Assembly (NCBI GenBank): GCA_964016885.1
Contig: OZ024760.1
Span: forward strand, 15,066,001-15,130,000
Direction: 5' to 3'
Length of the DNA: 64,000 nucleotides
Origin: Eledone cirrhosa
Lineage: Eukaryota
Positions within the stretch are counted from its first letter, which is position 1; each line of letters starts with the position of its first letter. Positions 41,650-54,366 of this stretch are shown here, one piece after another. Made by a program: the position numbers and the translations under genes. The notes under the pieces are model-generated. The model was not told where the DNA came from and made no database searches. It worked only from the letters and a program-made list of their open reading frames with translations.

Positions 41650-41697
41650 CTAACAAAGTTCTTTCGTTGCACATCTGCAACATCATCAGTGGTGCTA
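41650..41697 (-). ncRNA. Hammerhead core, another family (degenerate stems I and III)
   Basis: Reverse complement cacca-CUGAUGA-u-GUUGCA gaug UGCAAC-GAAA-gaacuuuguu with a perfect 6-bp stem II. Confidence 0.55.
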
Positions 41698-41720
41698 TTA
41701 TGTTTCCTCCTGTTGTATTG

Positions 41721-41758
<38 letters not shown>

Positions 41759-41926
41759 TAGAAGGGGTATTTAATTTGTTGGAAGTCCGACAAATATAAA
41801 TGTTTCTAACTGATTTATTCGCACATAACTTTGAATAATCACTAATATATTTCCACTATCCAGTGAATATCGAACCGATAAGGTAAGATTTTCATGAGTA
41901 TGTCTCTATTTATAGAACAAACTTTG

Positions 41927-41990
41927 TATTTTATCTGATGAAAGCGTACCAATGTTGTCTTGGTACCCTAGAAATATATATAATAAAATA
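41927..41990 (+). ncRNA. Type I hammerhead ribozyme (family A2) within element 41757-42034
   Basis: Perfect 8-bp stem I UAUUUUAU/AUAAAAUA; core 41935-41941; stem II AGcGUACCAA/UUGGUACcCU with a mismatched first pair; GAAA 41971-41974. Confidence 0.8.
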
Positions 41991-42029
41991 AATATGGTTT
42001 TATAAATATAGTTTCCATTTATTTAATAT

Positions 42030-42072
<43 letters not shown>

Positions 42073-43088
42073 TGTAAATGTGTTGGTGTTAGGAAGGGCA
42101 TCCAACTATAAAATACCCAGCCAAATTTACAGTCCTCACTGGAGCAAAGTGCAACATGGCCAACTCTGGCCAGACCTGCCTCTCACGTGGACGATCCATC
42201 TAACCCATGCGAGCATGGAAAAATGGATGCTAAGCAATGATGATATCGAAATATTCAAAAATCCAGGCCCCATTTATAAGCCAAGGCAGGTAATCAGCAT
42301 GTTTAAATGGCACAGTTTTTAAATTTTGCCCCAGGATCACTTGGCAACGGGCATTCTGAAAAGACCTGGTGGCAGCCAACATCACTTGGCATGGACACAA
42401 AAAAGCCACTGCTGATCGTGATGGTTGGCGACTGCCTACTCCTGGATTCTGAGAACAATTCCTTAACATCAGTATAAGTGGCAAGTTACAGCTGGTTTGA
42501 AAAGGAGGAGGTGAGGGAATTGTGGCCGGATACGGCCGGTTTAAGTTCTTCTTCCTTGTTGTGTCCACAAGAGTGTCAGTTACAAAGCTTGGCTAGATTT
42601 GGATCTGCCACAGCTGAACACATTCTCTTTTACTCTTTTACCTGTTCCAGCCATCCGACTGAGGTCATGTTGTGGTCCTTTCTCATTAAACTCTGCCAAA
42701 TCCAATGCTGCTAACCAGCTGGTTTAAATGTGAGAAGGTTAAGCCAATATTTGAAAGATAAAACTTAGATAAAATTATGATGGAAAGTTTTTAGATAAAT
42801 ATAAACACTTTAACCCCTTTGTTACCATATTTCTACTGAAAGTCACTGCCTATAATTTTCAAATAATTTTGAAAATAATGAAAAATTTGGAAGGATTTTG
42901 TAATGTAATTAATTTTCTTGTTATTCAAGTGGTTTTGGGAGTTTGGTGTCTTAATGCAATAATGTATATTATTGCAACAGAAAGAGAGAGTGGGGAGGTT
43001 TGTAAGATAGTGAAAATGGTAAAGGATAAAAGAAAATATGGAATATAATACAAAGCTGTTAAGCTATGGTGTGTGTGTGTGTGTGTGG

Positions 43089-43136
<48 letters not shown>

Positions 43137-43628
43137 GGAGATATGTGTGTGTGTGTGCACATATATTACAGTGGCAACAAGACAAAAGCTATATATATAT
43201 ATTAGAAAAAACACATACACACACATATATATACATAGACAGTTATATAGATATGGAGAGGGAGAGGGAGCAATAGGTAGATATTAAGATAAAGGGAGAG
43301 AGTTAGAGGGTGTGAGGAGAGAGTCTGAAGTGTTTGGTTCTCAAGAGGAATACTAAGTACAATTAGTCATGGCATTAGTGAGAAACTGTACACTCCTCCT
43401 CATCCTCCTGAGAGAGAGAGAGAGAGGATGTGATGGAGTGTAGGGGAGGAGGAACACAGTGGCAGTGGTCAAAGAGAGGGGGTACAGTGGCACTGGTCAA
43501 GGGGAGAGGGGGAAGGAAGGCAAGATTTGTTTTTAAAAAAAAGTGACCAATGTTTTAGTTTGATGCTTTTTGATGAAGACAAAAAAAGTTTAAAAAAATA
43601 TGCACTCAATTCTGGTGCTCTTTTGTTG

Positions 43629-43696
<68 letters not shown>

Positions 43697-44323
43697 GTGT
43701 CATATTCATAGCAGATTGGTTTTTTTTTAATGTACCCTGGAAAATACATTTGGTGCTCTCTTGTGTATATGTGTGTATATATATCACCACCATCATCATC
43801 ATCATCATCATCGTTTAACGTCTATCTTCCACGCTAACATGAGTTAGATGGGAATTGTCCCACATGAGGCAAGGTTGATCGGGTGACCGTGCCTCACTCG
43901 TATAGGACTGTATCTGGCGGGTTTACTACGGCTGGATGCCCTTCCTAACACCAACCACATTTACAGTGTGGACTTTAAATATATGTATACACACACACAC
44001 ACACTCTTGCATGGGTTGGACCAGTCCTTCTCAACACAGCATCACTCCACTTGCCATGTTCTTTCATCATCTCTTTTCTGTATTAAGCGCCGAAATATCT
44101 ATGATCTGCGGTTTACAGCTGATGAAGGATTTCTTTTGTTTCGTCCATATTACCATCTTAAACTTTGTTTACAGTAACCACACAGCTCCTTTCGTTTCTT
44201 GTAATTTTATATATATATATATTTGTGTGTGTGTATGTAAACTTATATATGTGTATATATGTGTGTATGTAAACTTATATATATGTGTGTGTGTGTATAT
44301 ATTTTATATATATTATATATTAT

Positions 44324-44590
44324 GGAGGCACATGGCCTAGTGGTTAGAGCATTGGCCTTGCAATCGAAAGGTTGTGAGTTCAATTCTCAGACCGGGTTAT
44401 GTGTTGTTTCCTTGAGCAAGACACTTTATTTCACATTGCTCCAGTTTACTCAGCTGTAGAAATGAGATGATAGGGACTGGGGTCCCTATCATTCCACTGC
44501 AAAGTGGTCGTGGGGGTGCCACGGCAAAAAAGCACCCAGCACTCACTGTAAATGAGGTTGGTGTTAGGAAGGGCATCCAGCTGATGATGA
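44324..44590 (+). mobile_element. tRNA-derived SINE, young subfamily; copies 6605-6843, 31591-31857, 47919-48187, 48236-48606
   Basis: A box TGGCCTAGTGG, B box GAGTTCAATTC; highly similar body 'ctcagctgtagaaatgagatgatagggactggggtcc...aggaagggcatccagctg'. Confidence 0.9.
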
Positions 44591-44913
44591 TATATATATA
44601 TATAGTAATTCTGTCTTCTCTTATTCATTCATTCTGCTATTCTACTCTGTGAGGTCAAGTAGAGAGAGAGAGTTTTGGCACACAGTAACTGTGTCAATCT
44701 GTGCCAATGTCTAGCACACTTTACTCTTCTTGTAATTACACATAGTCTCTCTTGCAGGCTATCACACCCTTTCTTTCTCTCTTCTCCTCCTCCTTGTCTT
44801 CTCTATTGCCATATTAGTTTCTCTCTCTCTCCTCTCTTGTCATGCTATTCTCTTCTCTCTCTCATATACATACAGAGAGAGGGGTATGAACCCGACCCTA
44901 TCTTAGCACTGCA

Positions 44914-44993
<80 letters not shown>

Positions 44994-45854
44994 GTATAAT
45001 GTGTATCTGTGTTTAGTTTTTTGTTCATCTCTTTCTCTCTGCCAGTGAATTATGATTAGTTGGTGACTTAAAGAACAACGGCTTCTTTCATCTCTCCTAA
45101 TCCTTGAATTTGGGTAGACTGATACTGTGTGGAAACCTGTCGAATGGACCTTACCTGTATTTGAAAAGATAGTCTTGTCACATACATACATTGTGTCATT
45201 TGGAATTGCATTAACCCATTAGCTCATACCTATATTACGGTATCTTCTTTTTTGCCCACTTATTCCTGAGAGGGTCTTGGTGACAGTCCTCAAACACTCC
45301 TCCCAGTGGGTCCTGTCAAGCGTGACCAGCCAAGTTCATGGATGTTATCCAACCATCTTCCTTGCGGTTTACTCCTGGGTCTCTTGCCAGTTGGTTTTGC
45401 CCTTAAAATCAGCATTTAGTAATCGGAAGAAGGGAGGTAGGTGTAAAAGTCTAACTCGCTATCTTCAATTCAGTTTTTGTGCCAACCCTTACCTATGGTC
45501 ATGAATCTTGGATAAAGACCGAAAGAATATATTATGGTATTGTCCTCAAAATAAATAACATCAAAACCTCATAGATTCAATATTATGTGGGATAATTATA
45601 TGAAGTAAAGCCTTTACTGTGAAAATACAGTAATGTAAATGCTAAAGGGTTAAGGATGCTCCTGTTTTTGCAATATACTCCTCCACTTATGTATCCCAGT
45701 TGAACAAGCAGCTCAGTGTCTTTCAAAACCAAGAGAAGATCCCCTCAAGTTTACAAACCAACTGGATGGTTATGGCTTGAGTGGCTTGTGGCTTTGACCA
45801 GAGGACTGTTTTATTGGTGCTGACCTTGGAATCTACAACCAGCAAATTGCTCAA

Positions 45855-46540
45855 GTTACGGAGTTTGTATATCTCGGTCACAGACTATCATCAAACAACA
45901 ATGGAATGGTTGCTGCGCAATATTGAATCGCTAGGCTGGGCAGTTTTCAACAAGAACAAGGAAGTACTAACATCAAAATGAGCTTCTTATCTTTAACACG
46001 TGCATCCTACCAGTTGTGTTATATGATCTTGACTGTGTTAATTGGATGACAAGGTCACTTCAGAACCTCTCTACATTCCAGAACCACATCACAAGACTTA
46101 TGACTGACAAGCGGCTCAGCGACCGTATCTGTATCAGTGAGCTGCTCAACATAACCAAACATAGAACAAGTACATCAATTGTCAAGTCAAGAGTACTCGA
46201 ACTATACGGCCATATAAAAAGATCAACTCGTGGTGTGAGTAGGTTATGTCTGGAAGGAAGGGTGGCTGGTAAGAGAAGCAGAGGTTGGCAGCCAAAACGA
46301 TGGCTTGATAATGTCAACCTATGGACTGGACTTGATCTTTGCTCTTTAAACTCTGCTGTTGGTGATCGAAAGGTATTATATATGTCTGGAAGGAAGGTTG
46401 GCTGGTAAGAGAAGCAGAGGCTGGCAACCAAAATGATGGCTTGATAATGCCAACTTATGGACTGGACTTGATCTTTTCTCTTTGAACTCTGGTGATGGAA
46501 CTTTGTGGAGAAAGATATCACATGTTGATGCACAGTCTGC
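45855..46540 (+). mobile_element. Degenerate RTE-clade LINE, post-RT C-terminal region, with a 3' duplication (about 46246-46350 repeated at 46381-46490)
   Basis: FVYLGH..GWAVFNKNKEVL..FNTCILPVVLY..LELYGHIKRS..CLEGRVAGKRSRGWQPKRWLDNV, with stops and frameshifts. Confidence 0.9.
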
Positions 46541-46758
46541 AACTGGCAAAGTTTAGCGACACGAAGAATTGCTGTTAGGCTCCAGAGTCATACCAATACT
46601 TGGGTAGTTGGGTAGTGGTCTCTTATTTTTTTCTTCCATATCTCCCTCTCTCTTTATCTCTCTCCCTCTCCCCCTCTCTCTCTCTATCTCTCTCCCTCTC
46701 CGCCTTTCTCTCTCCCTCTCCCCCTTTCTCTCTCCCCCTCTTCCCCCCCTCTCTCTCT

Positions 46759-46811
<53 letters not shown>

Positions 46812-47116
46812 TTTGGTGCTCTTTTGTTGTCTCTCTCTCTCTCATTCTCCCCCTTCCCCAGTGAACCAACCAACACTAAGTAGGGCTCTCTAGCAACTCC
46901 TCTAGTTGGTGACCAGTAGCTAGTAGGTCGTGAGTAATTTACTTCAAGAACCTAAGACCCTTCTCGTCTCTCTCTTCTCCATTGACAAGTTATTTGCAGT
47001 TTGTCAAAGAGCAGTAATTTCCTGAAAAACTTAAAACACTGCCAAACCAGGTCATTGTTTGCTAAGTGGTCTCTCTCTCTCTTTCTCTTTCTCTTTCTCT
47101 TTCTCTCTCTCTCTCT

Positions 47117-47154
<38 letters not shown>

Positions 47155-47401
47155 GTCATTATGTGAATGTGTGTATATATATATATATATCTGTCGTGTG
47201 TGTGTGTGTATATATATATATATCTCGTGTGTGTGTGTGTGTATATATATCTCGTGTGTGTGTGTGTATATATATATATGTGTGTGTGTGTATATATATT
47301 TATATATATTGTCGTGTGTGTGTATATATATATCTGTATGTCAGTATGAGTGTGATGCATCTGTGGATATTTGACTCTGTCAGTTTGAGAGGGTGTGTAC
47401 A

Positions 47402-47441
<40 letters not shown>

Positions 47442-47871
47442 GTGTGTGTGTATGTTTCTCTATATAGTTGTGTGTGTACTTTTACTTTTTGTGTAGGTCT
47501 TTTTTATGTGTCTATATGTCATTATTTGTAGCTGATGTATCTGTTTATATGACTGTCTCAGTAGAATGTGTGTGTGTATGTGTCCTTGTATGTGTATGAT
47601 ATCTTGTGTGTATCTGTGTCTCTAGATATGTGTGTGTGTGTGTGTGTGTCTGTGTCCATCCATCACTTTCTAGTTTATCATAAGTTACAACAGATATCAT
47701 TCTTAGAATCCATCAGTTGCAATCCAACCATGCCCACCCCCATCAAATAAATGAAAGTCTTTAGTTTCTCTACACACTTCCACACTATATCCGACTGTTA
47801 AAGATGGAGACACAGGTAGGTAGATAAGTAGATATAGACAAATAGCTGTAGAGATGTAGATATACACTAAT

Positions 47872-47919
<48 letters not shown>

Positions 47920-48183
47920 ATGTGTTGTTTCCTTGAGCAAGACACTTTATTTCACATTGTTCCAGTTTACTCAGCTGTAGAAATGAGATGATAGGGACTG
48001 GGGTCCATATCATTCCACTGTAAAGTGGATGTGGAGGTGCCACGGCAAAAAAGCACCCAGCACTCACTGTAAATGAGGTTGGTGTTAGGAAGGGCATCCA
48101 GCTGTAGAAATCAAGCCAGAATCAGTTCCCGTCCCACCCTTGCAAGCAGGGAAAAAGCGGACGTAAAATGAAATGATGAATGA

Positions 48184-48238
<55 letters not shown>

Positions 48239-49055
48239 CACATGGCTTAGTGGTTAGAGCATTGGCCTTGCAATCGAAAGGTTGTCAGTTCAATTTTCAG
48301 ACCGGGTGTCCTTGAGCAAGACACTTTCTTCCACATTACTCCAGTTTACTCAGCTGTAGAAATGAGATGATAGGGACTGGGGTCCCTATCATTCCACTCT
48401 AAAGTGGCCGTGTAGGCGCCACAGCAAAAAAGCACCCAGCACTCACTGTAAAGCGGACGTGTAGGCGCCACGGAAAAAAAGCACCCAGCATTCGCTGTAA
48501 ATGAGGTCGGTGTTAGGAAGGGCATCCAGCTGTAGAAATCAAGCCAGAATCAGTTCCCGTCCCACCCTTGCAAGCAGGGAAAAGCGGACGTAAAATGAGG
48601 ATGATGTGTGTGTGTGTGTGTGTATATATATATGAGAAAAACCACAAACCTTCCATCTCAATTCTACTTTTGAAAAGCGCAAGAACTGCGAAACCGGTAA
48701 AGGAACCAAATAAATATTTAAAAAAAAAAAAAGACTCCAGTTGCATTTTCGATTTCATCTTTTTTCCTTATACTTTCACTCGTGTAGGACATCTCTTTTT
48801 TTTTTCATTTTGTAAAAAAAAACCGCACTTACTAATTTTCTAATATATATATATATATAAACCCGTAGAACAAATATTTATTATTAGTACAGATTAAAGT
48901 TTAAGCAAGGGATTTCATCATTGTTACAAACGTTCATACACTCTACTGAGTACATTTTATTGTGATACCAGCACTAGGGAAGTTGACATGTCTTTGACTC
49001 AGCTGAAGAATCCTCCCAACCTTTTTTTGGCAGCTCTTTCCTACAGCTAGAGGCT

Positions 49056-49501
49056 CTTCCTATCATCAACCACTTTACAGAGTGTACTGGGTGTGTTTAT
49101 CATGTAGATCACCAACACTAGGCAGGTTCTCAGGTCTTTGACACAACTGAAGAATCCTCTCGACCTTTTGCCAGATTTCTTACGGGAAGATGCCCTTCCT
49201 ATCATCAACCACTTTACAGAGTGTACTGGGTGTGTTTATCATGTAGATCACCAACACTAGGCAGGTTCTCAGGTCTTTGACACAACTGAAGAATCCTCTC
49301 GACCTTTTGCCAGATTTCTTACGGGAAGATGCCCTTCCTATCATCAACCACTTTACAGAGTGTACTGGGTGTGTTTATCATGTAGATCACCAACACTAGG
49401 CAGGTTCTCAGGTCTTTGACACAACTGAAGAATCCTCTCGACCTTTTGCCAGATTTCTTACGGGAAGATGCCCTTCCTATCATCAACCACTTTACAGAGT
49501 G
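49056..49501. repeat. 139-bp tandem repeat (3 apparently identical units plus partial), SINE-derived
   Basis: 'tatcatcaaccactttacagagtg' at 49061, 49200, 49339 and 49478. Confidence 0.95.
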
Positions 49502-49737
49502 AACGCGAAGGACCGTAACTGTGCCGCCATAAAGCATGTTTTTTCTGACGCTCTATTGATGAAGAATAGTATTTGAACAGATGATAAATATGAAATATCA
49601 TTCAAATGTTTTATGTACATCACTAAGTAAATGTTTCTTCTGTCTCTTTTTTTATTTGTAGATTTAAAGCATATGTCAGTGAGATTTGTGCTTTTGGGCT
49701 GCCTGCAGTTCATTCCGATGTCCCTCCCTTCGACAGC

Positions 49738-49990
49738 ATGGAGGAAACCTACATATACGTAGCAAAGTTTGAGTACATCCCTGAGGCTGACCACAAAGGG
49801 GATATCCCTATGTCAGTTGGTGATCGGCTAACGGTCAACACACCGGTCTCTCCCAATTTCAAAGGAAGCCTGGAAAAACCTGAGGGTTGGCTGTGCGGCT
49901 TCAACACCAACAAGAAGGTTCGTGGCAACTTTCCCGGCAATTACGTGCGGTTTGAGGGGAAGCTGCCCCCCAAAGACCTACCGACACAAA
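49738..49990 (+). CDS. PIK3R1: SH3-domain exon of a PI3K class IA regulatory subunit (p85-like); exon 49662-49990
   Basis: MEETYIYVAKFEY..DIPMSVGDRLTV..PEGWLCGFNTNKKVRGNFPGNYVRFEG resembles the p85 N-terminal SH3 ([44 protein letters not shown]), including the long n-Src loop. Pyrimidine tract + AG at 49660-49661, Kozak AGCATGG, donor GTGAGT at 49991 (phase 1). Invertebrate homolog; paralog assignment is nominal. Confidence 0.85.
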
Positions 49991-50037
49991 GTGAGTATTC
50001 TTTACCGTTTTTTTTTTTTTTTTTTTTTTTCATTTTC

Positions 50038-50335
50038 ATTGTGTGCATACAAACAGCAATGTTACATGGTAGTGTGACCTGGGTACTGTGTGTAGAAGAC
50101 TTGTGTTGATTAGAAAGAAACGAAGCCTGCATGCTCTGATGGAAGTGTAATAGTAATACACGCGAACGGCAAAGCATAAACGAACTGAGAGAATGACTGA
50201 GCATAAGAGGAATCAGATGCTGTGTGCAGGAGAGGAGGATGCGTTGGTATGGACATGTGATGCGTATGAAGGATGACGGCTGCATAAAAAGGTGCAGAGC
50301 ACTAAAAATTGATGGAAGCCATGGAGTGGGAGGTT
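50038..50335 (+). mobile_element. Degenerate RTE-clade LINE fragment
   Basis: CIQTAMLHGSVTW..LERNEACML*W..ELRE*LSIRGIRCCVQERRMRWYGHVMRMKDDGCIKRC. Confidence 0.9.
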
Positions 50336-51804
50336 GCTGAGAGCAGCAAGCTCTGCTAAGCAGAGGCCATTGTAGTAGTGGTAATAAAAGCAGAATGAAG
50401 GGAGAGCATATCTGTGTGTTAGAGGTGGGTGATGGTCGACAAGTTACTTTAACTCTTTAGCATTTAAACCGACCATATCCGGCTAGAATTCTCTCACCTC
50501 TTTCTGTTCAAACCGGCGTAACTGGACACTCATACCAATGTTAAGGTATTTTTCATGAAATAAATATCAAAATCTCATAGATTATCTATTATGTGAGATA
50601 AATACCACAAAAATACAATAGTAAATGCTAAAGGGTTAAGTCATTTCGTTGTAATGTTCGCACAGTGTTGGCCAACATGCTTTAAAGAATGTAATATTAG
50701 ATATACTACGTCTGAAAAATTAAACGGGATGGTCATAATTGGGTTGGTGTTGGTCATAGGCTAGATTAATCAGAGCTGGCCTGGAGTGAAACAATATTCG
50801 CAAATTCATTATACAAGAAATGGGTAGGGGGTGTAAAATTTTCTAAGGGAAATAACTCTCAGGGAATTGTATAGTAATTTCACGATTATCTCCCTTGGTA
50901 TGCTCAAGCGAGCGATTTTACAGCAAATTGTTACCATTGTGTAGTAGTAATAATTGTTTCTATTTTTGGCACAAGGCCAGCAAATACTCCAGTGCATTAC
51001 TGGTACTTTATTTTATCGACCCCGTAAGGATGAAAGGCAAAGTTAACCTCGGCGGGATTTGAACTCAGAACGTAAAGGGACGTAGATCTATGCTGCAAAG
51101 TATGGTGTCCGACTCAGTACCAATCCAACACCCTAGTAATAACTTTTTGTAATTTAGGCACAAGGCCAGCAATTTAGAGGCTGAGGGGAGTCGAATGGAT
51201 ACTGAGCCCAGTATTTTACTGGTACTTTATTTTATTGACCCCGGGAGGATGAAAGGAAAAGTGGGGGATATATATAAAACAGCAGATCCCAACATGTGTG
51301 GCCTACCGACCTCTAGGAGCTCTCCAAAGGTAGCACTGGGGGAGGGAGTGTCTGCTGGGATATTACGAGGTGGGGGCCATAGGTAATATTGGTGGAGAGG
51401 GAGGAACTCCTAAAGGTAGCTCCTGGAAGGAGGAGGGGCTGTACACCGAGGTAGCCCTGGGGTGGTTATATTTTCTTTTACTGGTAAGACTGGAAGAGCC
51501 AGAGGTCAGTAGGTTCTTTCTAGCAGAACTTTGGTTCCAGATTAGTATTTTGTATTGGAAAGGGTTAAACATTGCTATTTTGTCGTGTGTGTATGTATGT
51601 ATGTATGTCTGCGTAAGTATGTGTGCGTGTGTATATATATCTCTGTATCCCTGTGTGTTTTTAATAGGACTTTAGTTCCATGTCGCTATGTTATACTGGA
51701 ATGGGTTAACCATTGGTATTTTGTCGTGTGTGGGGGTGTATATGTATGTGTGTGTGTGTATCTGTGTGTATACCTGCGTGTATATGTATGTCAGCGTGTG
51801 TGTG

Positions 51805-51859
<55 letters not shown>

Positions 51860-54152
51860 GTATCTGTGTGTGTGTTTAATAGGACTTTAGTCCCATGTTG
51901 CAATTTTATACTGGAAAGGATTAAACATTGCTATTTTATCTTGTGTATATGTGGGAGGGTGCATATGTATGTGTGTATGTCTATGGTAGGGTGTGTGTAT
52001 GTCTGCATCTAATAGGACTTTAGTTCCAGGTTTCTATTTTGTCTTGTGCATGTGTGTGGGCATATGTGAGTATATCTGTGTATGTATGAGTATGTGTGTG
52101 TGTGGGCATATGTGTGTCTGTATGTATAAGTGTGTGTATGTGTGTTTTATAGAACTTTAGTTCCATGTTTCTATTTTGGACTGGAAGGTGTTAAACATTC
52201 CTATACTGCCTTCTATCAGTCTGGTGTGTGTGTGTCTCTCTTTGAATGTGTGTGCTGTTTGTGTTTGTGTGGTGTTTCTGTCTTTGTCTCTTTTTTAATG
52301 TATGTGGTTCTGTCTGAGTGTGTATGTGTGTGTCTGTGTCTCTTTGAATATATGTGTTGGTTTATGTATGTGTTCCTTTGTGTGTGTGAATATATACATA
52401 TGTGTGTTTCTGTTTGTCTATGTATATATGTATATATCTGTGTATGTGTGTGTGTGTTTATATATATATATCTTTGTATGTGTGTGTTTATATATGTATA
52501 TATCTTTGTATGTGTGTGTTTATATATGTATATATCTGTATGTGTGTGTGTTTGTCTATGTATATAACTGTGTATGTATGTGTGTGTTTGTCTATATATA
52601 TAACTGTATGTATGTGTGTGTTTGTTTATGTATATATCTGTGTATGTATGTGTGTGTGTGTGTGTTTGTCTATATATATAACTGTATGTATGTGTGTGTT
52701 TGTCTATGTATATAACTGTATGTATGTGTGTGTTTGTCTATGTATATAACTGTATGTGTGTGTTTGTCTATGTATATATCTGTGTATGTATGTGTGTGTT
52801 TGTTCCTCTATGTAGTGTCCAGTTAGGTTTTTATTTTTCTTAGCTTTCAATTGTTGTCTTCTGAAGAATCAAAAATAGTTTAGTTTGGTATTCATGTAAT
52901 GGTCAGTCAGCAGGTCAGTGGGTCCTAGGTGTGTGTGGGGGAGGTGCAGGGTCTGTGTGTGTATGAGAGAGAGAAAGAAAAGAGGGTTAGTGATTGCATG
53001 TGAGAGAAGGAAAGAGTTAGTGTGGGCGAGAGATAGTGAGGTTGTGTGTGTTTGTGGAGTGATAGTTAGTATGTGGAAGAGAGAGAAGTAGTGTGTATGT
53101 GTGCGTGTGAGGAGTGATAGTATGTGCAAGAAAGTAGTAGTGTGTGTGTGTGTGTGTGGAGTGATAGTATGTGGAAGAGAGAGTAGTATGTGTGTATGTG
53201 GAGTGATTGGTATTTAGTGTGTGGCAGAGAGAGAAGTTGGATGTATGTGTGTGTGGAGTGATAGTATGTGGAAGAATTCTCTCACCCCTTTCTGTTCAAA
53301 CTAGCCTCTCATACTGATGTTAAGGTATTGTTCTCAAAATAAATAACATCAAAATTTTGTAGCAACATCTCATAGATTCGATATTATGTGAGAGATCAAG
53401 AACTTTTATTTACAGTAATAATAATAATGATTTCTAATATAGGCACTAGGCCAGTAATTTGGGGGGAGGGGAAAGTCGATTAAATCGACCACAGTACGTT
53501 ACTGGTATTTTATTTTATCGACCCCGTAAGGATGAAAGGCAAAGTTAACCTCGGCGGGATTTGAACTCAGACCGTAAAGGGCCGTAACTCTATGATGCAA
53601 AGCATGGTGTCCGACTCTACCGATACTGCCACTCCAAATAATAATAATAATAAGAAGATACTCAAATATATACATAGGTATACACACATATATTATATCT
53701 ATATCGATAAATTTTTTTTTCATGTTCATGGACACAACTGAACTTTGCCCACCATCATGTTATATAGTAGTAATATACAATTGTTTCTACTTTAGGCACA
53801 AGGCCAGCAATTATTCAGTGTATTACTGGTACTTTATTTCATCGGTTCCGTAAGGATGAAAGGCAAAGTTAACCTCGGTGGGATTTGAACTCAGATTGTA
53901 AAGGGACGTAACTCTATGCTGGAAAGTATGGCGTCCGACCCTCTACTGATACTGCCAATCCACCCCCATAATAATAATAATGACAACAATAATAATAATA
54001 ATTGTTTCTACTTTAGGCACAAGGCCAGCAATTACCCAGTGCATTACTGGTAAGGGAAACAAGAAAAAATAGGAAAATATAGAGAAAAAAGAGAAAAAGA
54101 AAGGAAATGGCAAGAACTTTAGTGTCGCAGAAGAGAGGGAAGGGGATTGGGC

Positions 54153-54260
54153 CTAGGGCATGGGGACAGAAGGGCTGTGCCCCTCGGACAAGACCGCAAA
54201 ATCATTTCCACGGACAATGGCCAGCGGCGCACGCTACAACAGCCACCTGACCTCGCGGAA
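54153..54260 (-). mobile_element. CRE-like retrotransposon endonuclease C-terminus remnant
   Basis: FREVRWLL*RAPLAIVRGNDFAVLSEGHSPSVPMP*. Confidence 0.7.
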
Positions 54261-54297
54261 GCCTTTACCACAAAAATACAATTTGTAAATATTATAC

Positions 54298-54366
54298 ATC
54301 CTCCGTGGAAACGCCTTCCCCATTGTGTCCGCCAGGGCTGTGTGGAGAGGCCATCAATATCATTGA
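54298..54366 (+). mobile_element. CRE-like retrotransposon extreme C-terminus remnant
   Basis: ILRGNAFPIVSARAVWRGHQYH*; nucleotide similarity to the 19902-19945 copy (atcctc..ggaaacgccttc). Confidence 0.6.

Noticed and set aside
44085-44160. CTGATGAAGGA..TCC hammerhead candidate
   Set aside because: The GAAA after the putative stem II is missing; at best a decayed remnant.
44324-44400. tRNA gene
   Set aside because: A/B boxes run directly into a SINE body; no complete cloverleaf or terminator.
46016-46408. 130-aa ORF as a host gene
   Set aside because: It is the RTE-LINE ORF C-terminus with upstream stops and frameshifts.
49991-50109. C-terminal extension of the 123-aa SH3 ORF (poly-Phe, CIQTAMLHG...)
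   Set aside because: Read-through past the GTGAGT donor into a poly-T tract and an RTE fragment.
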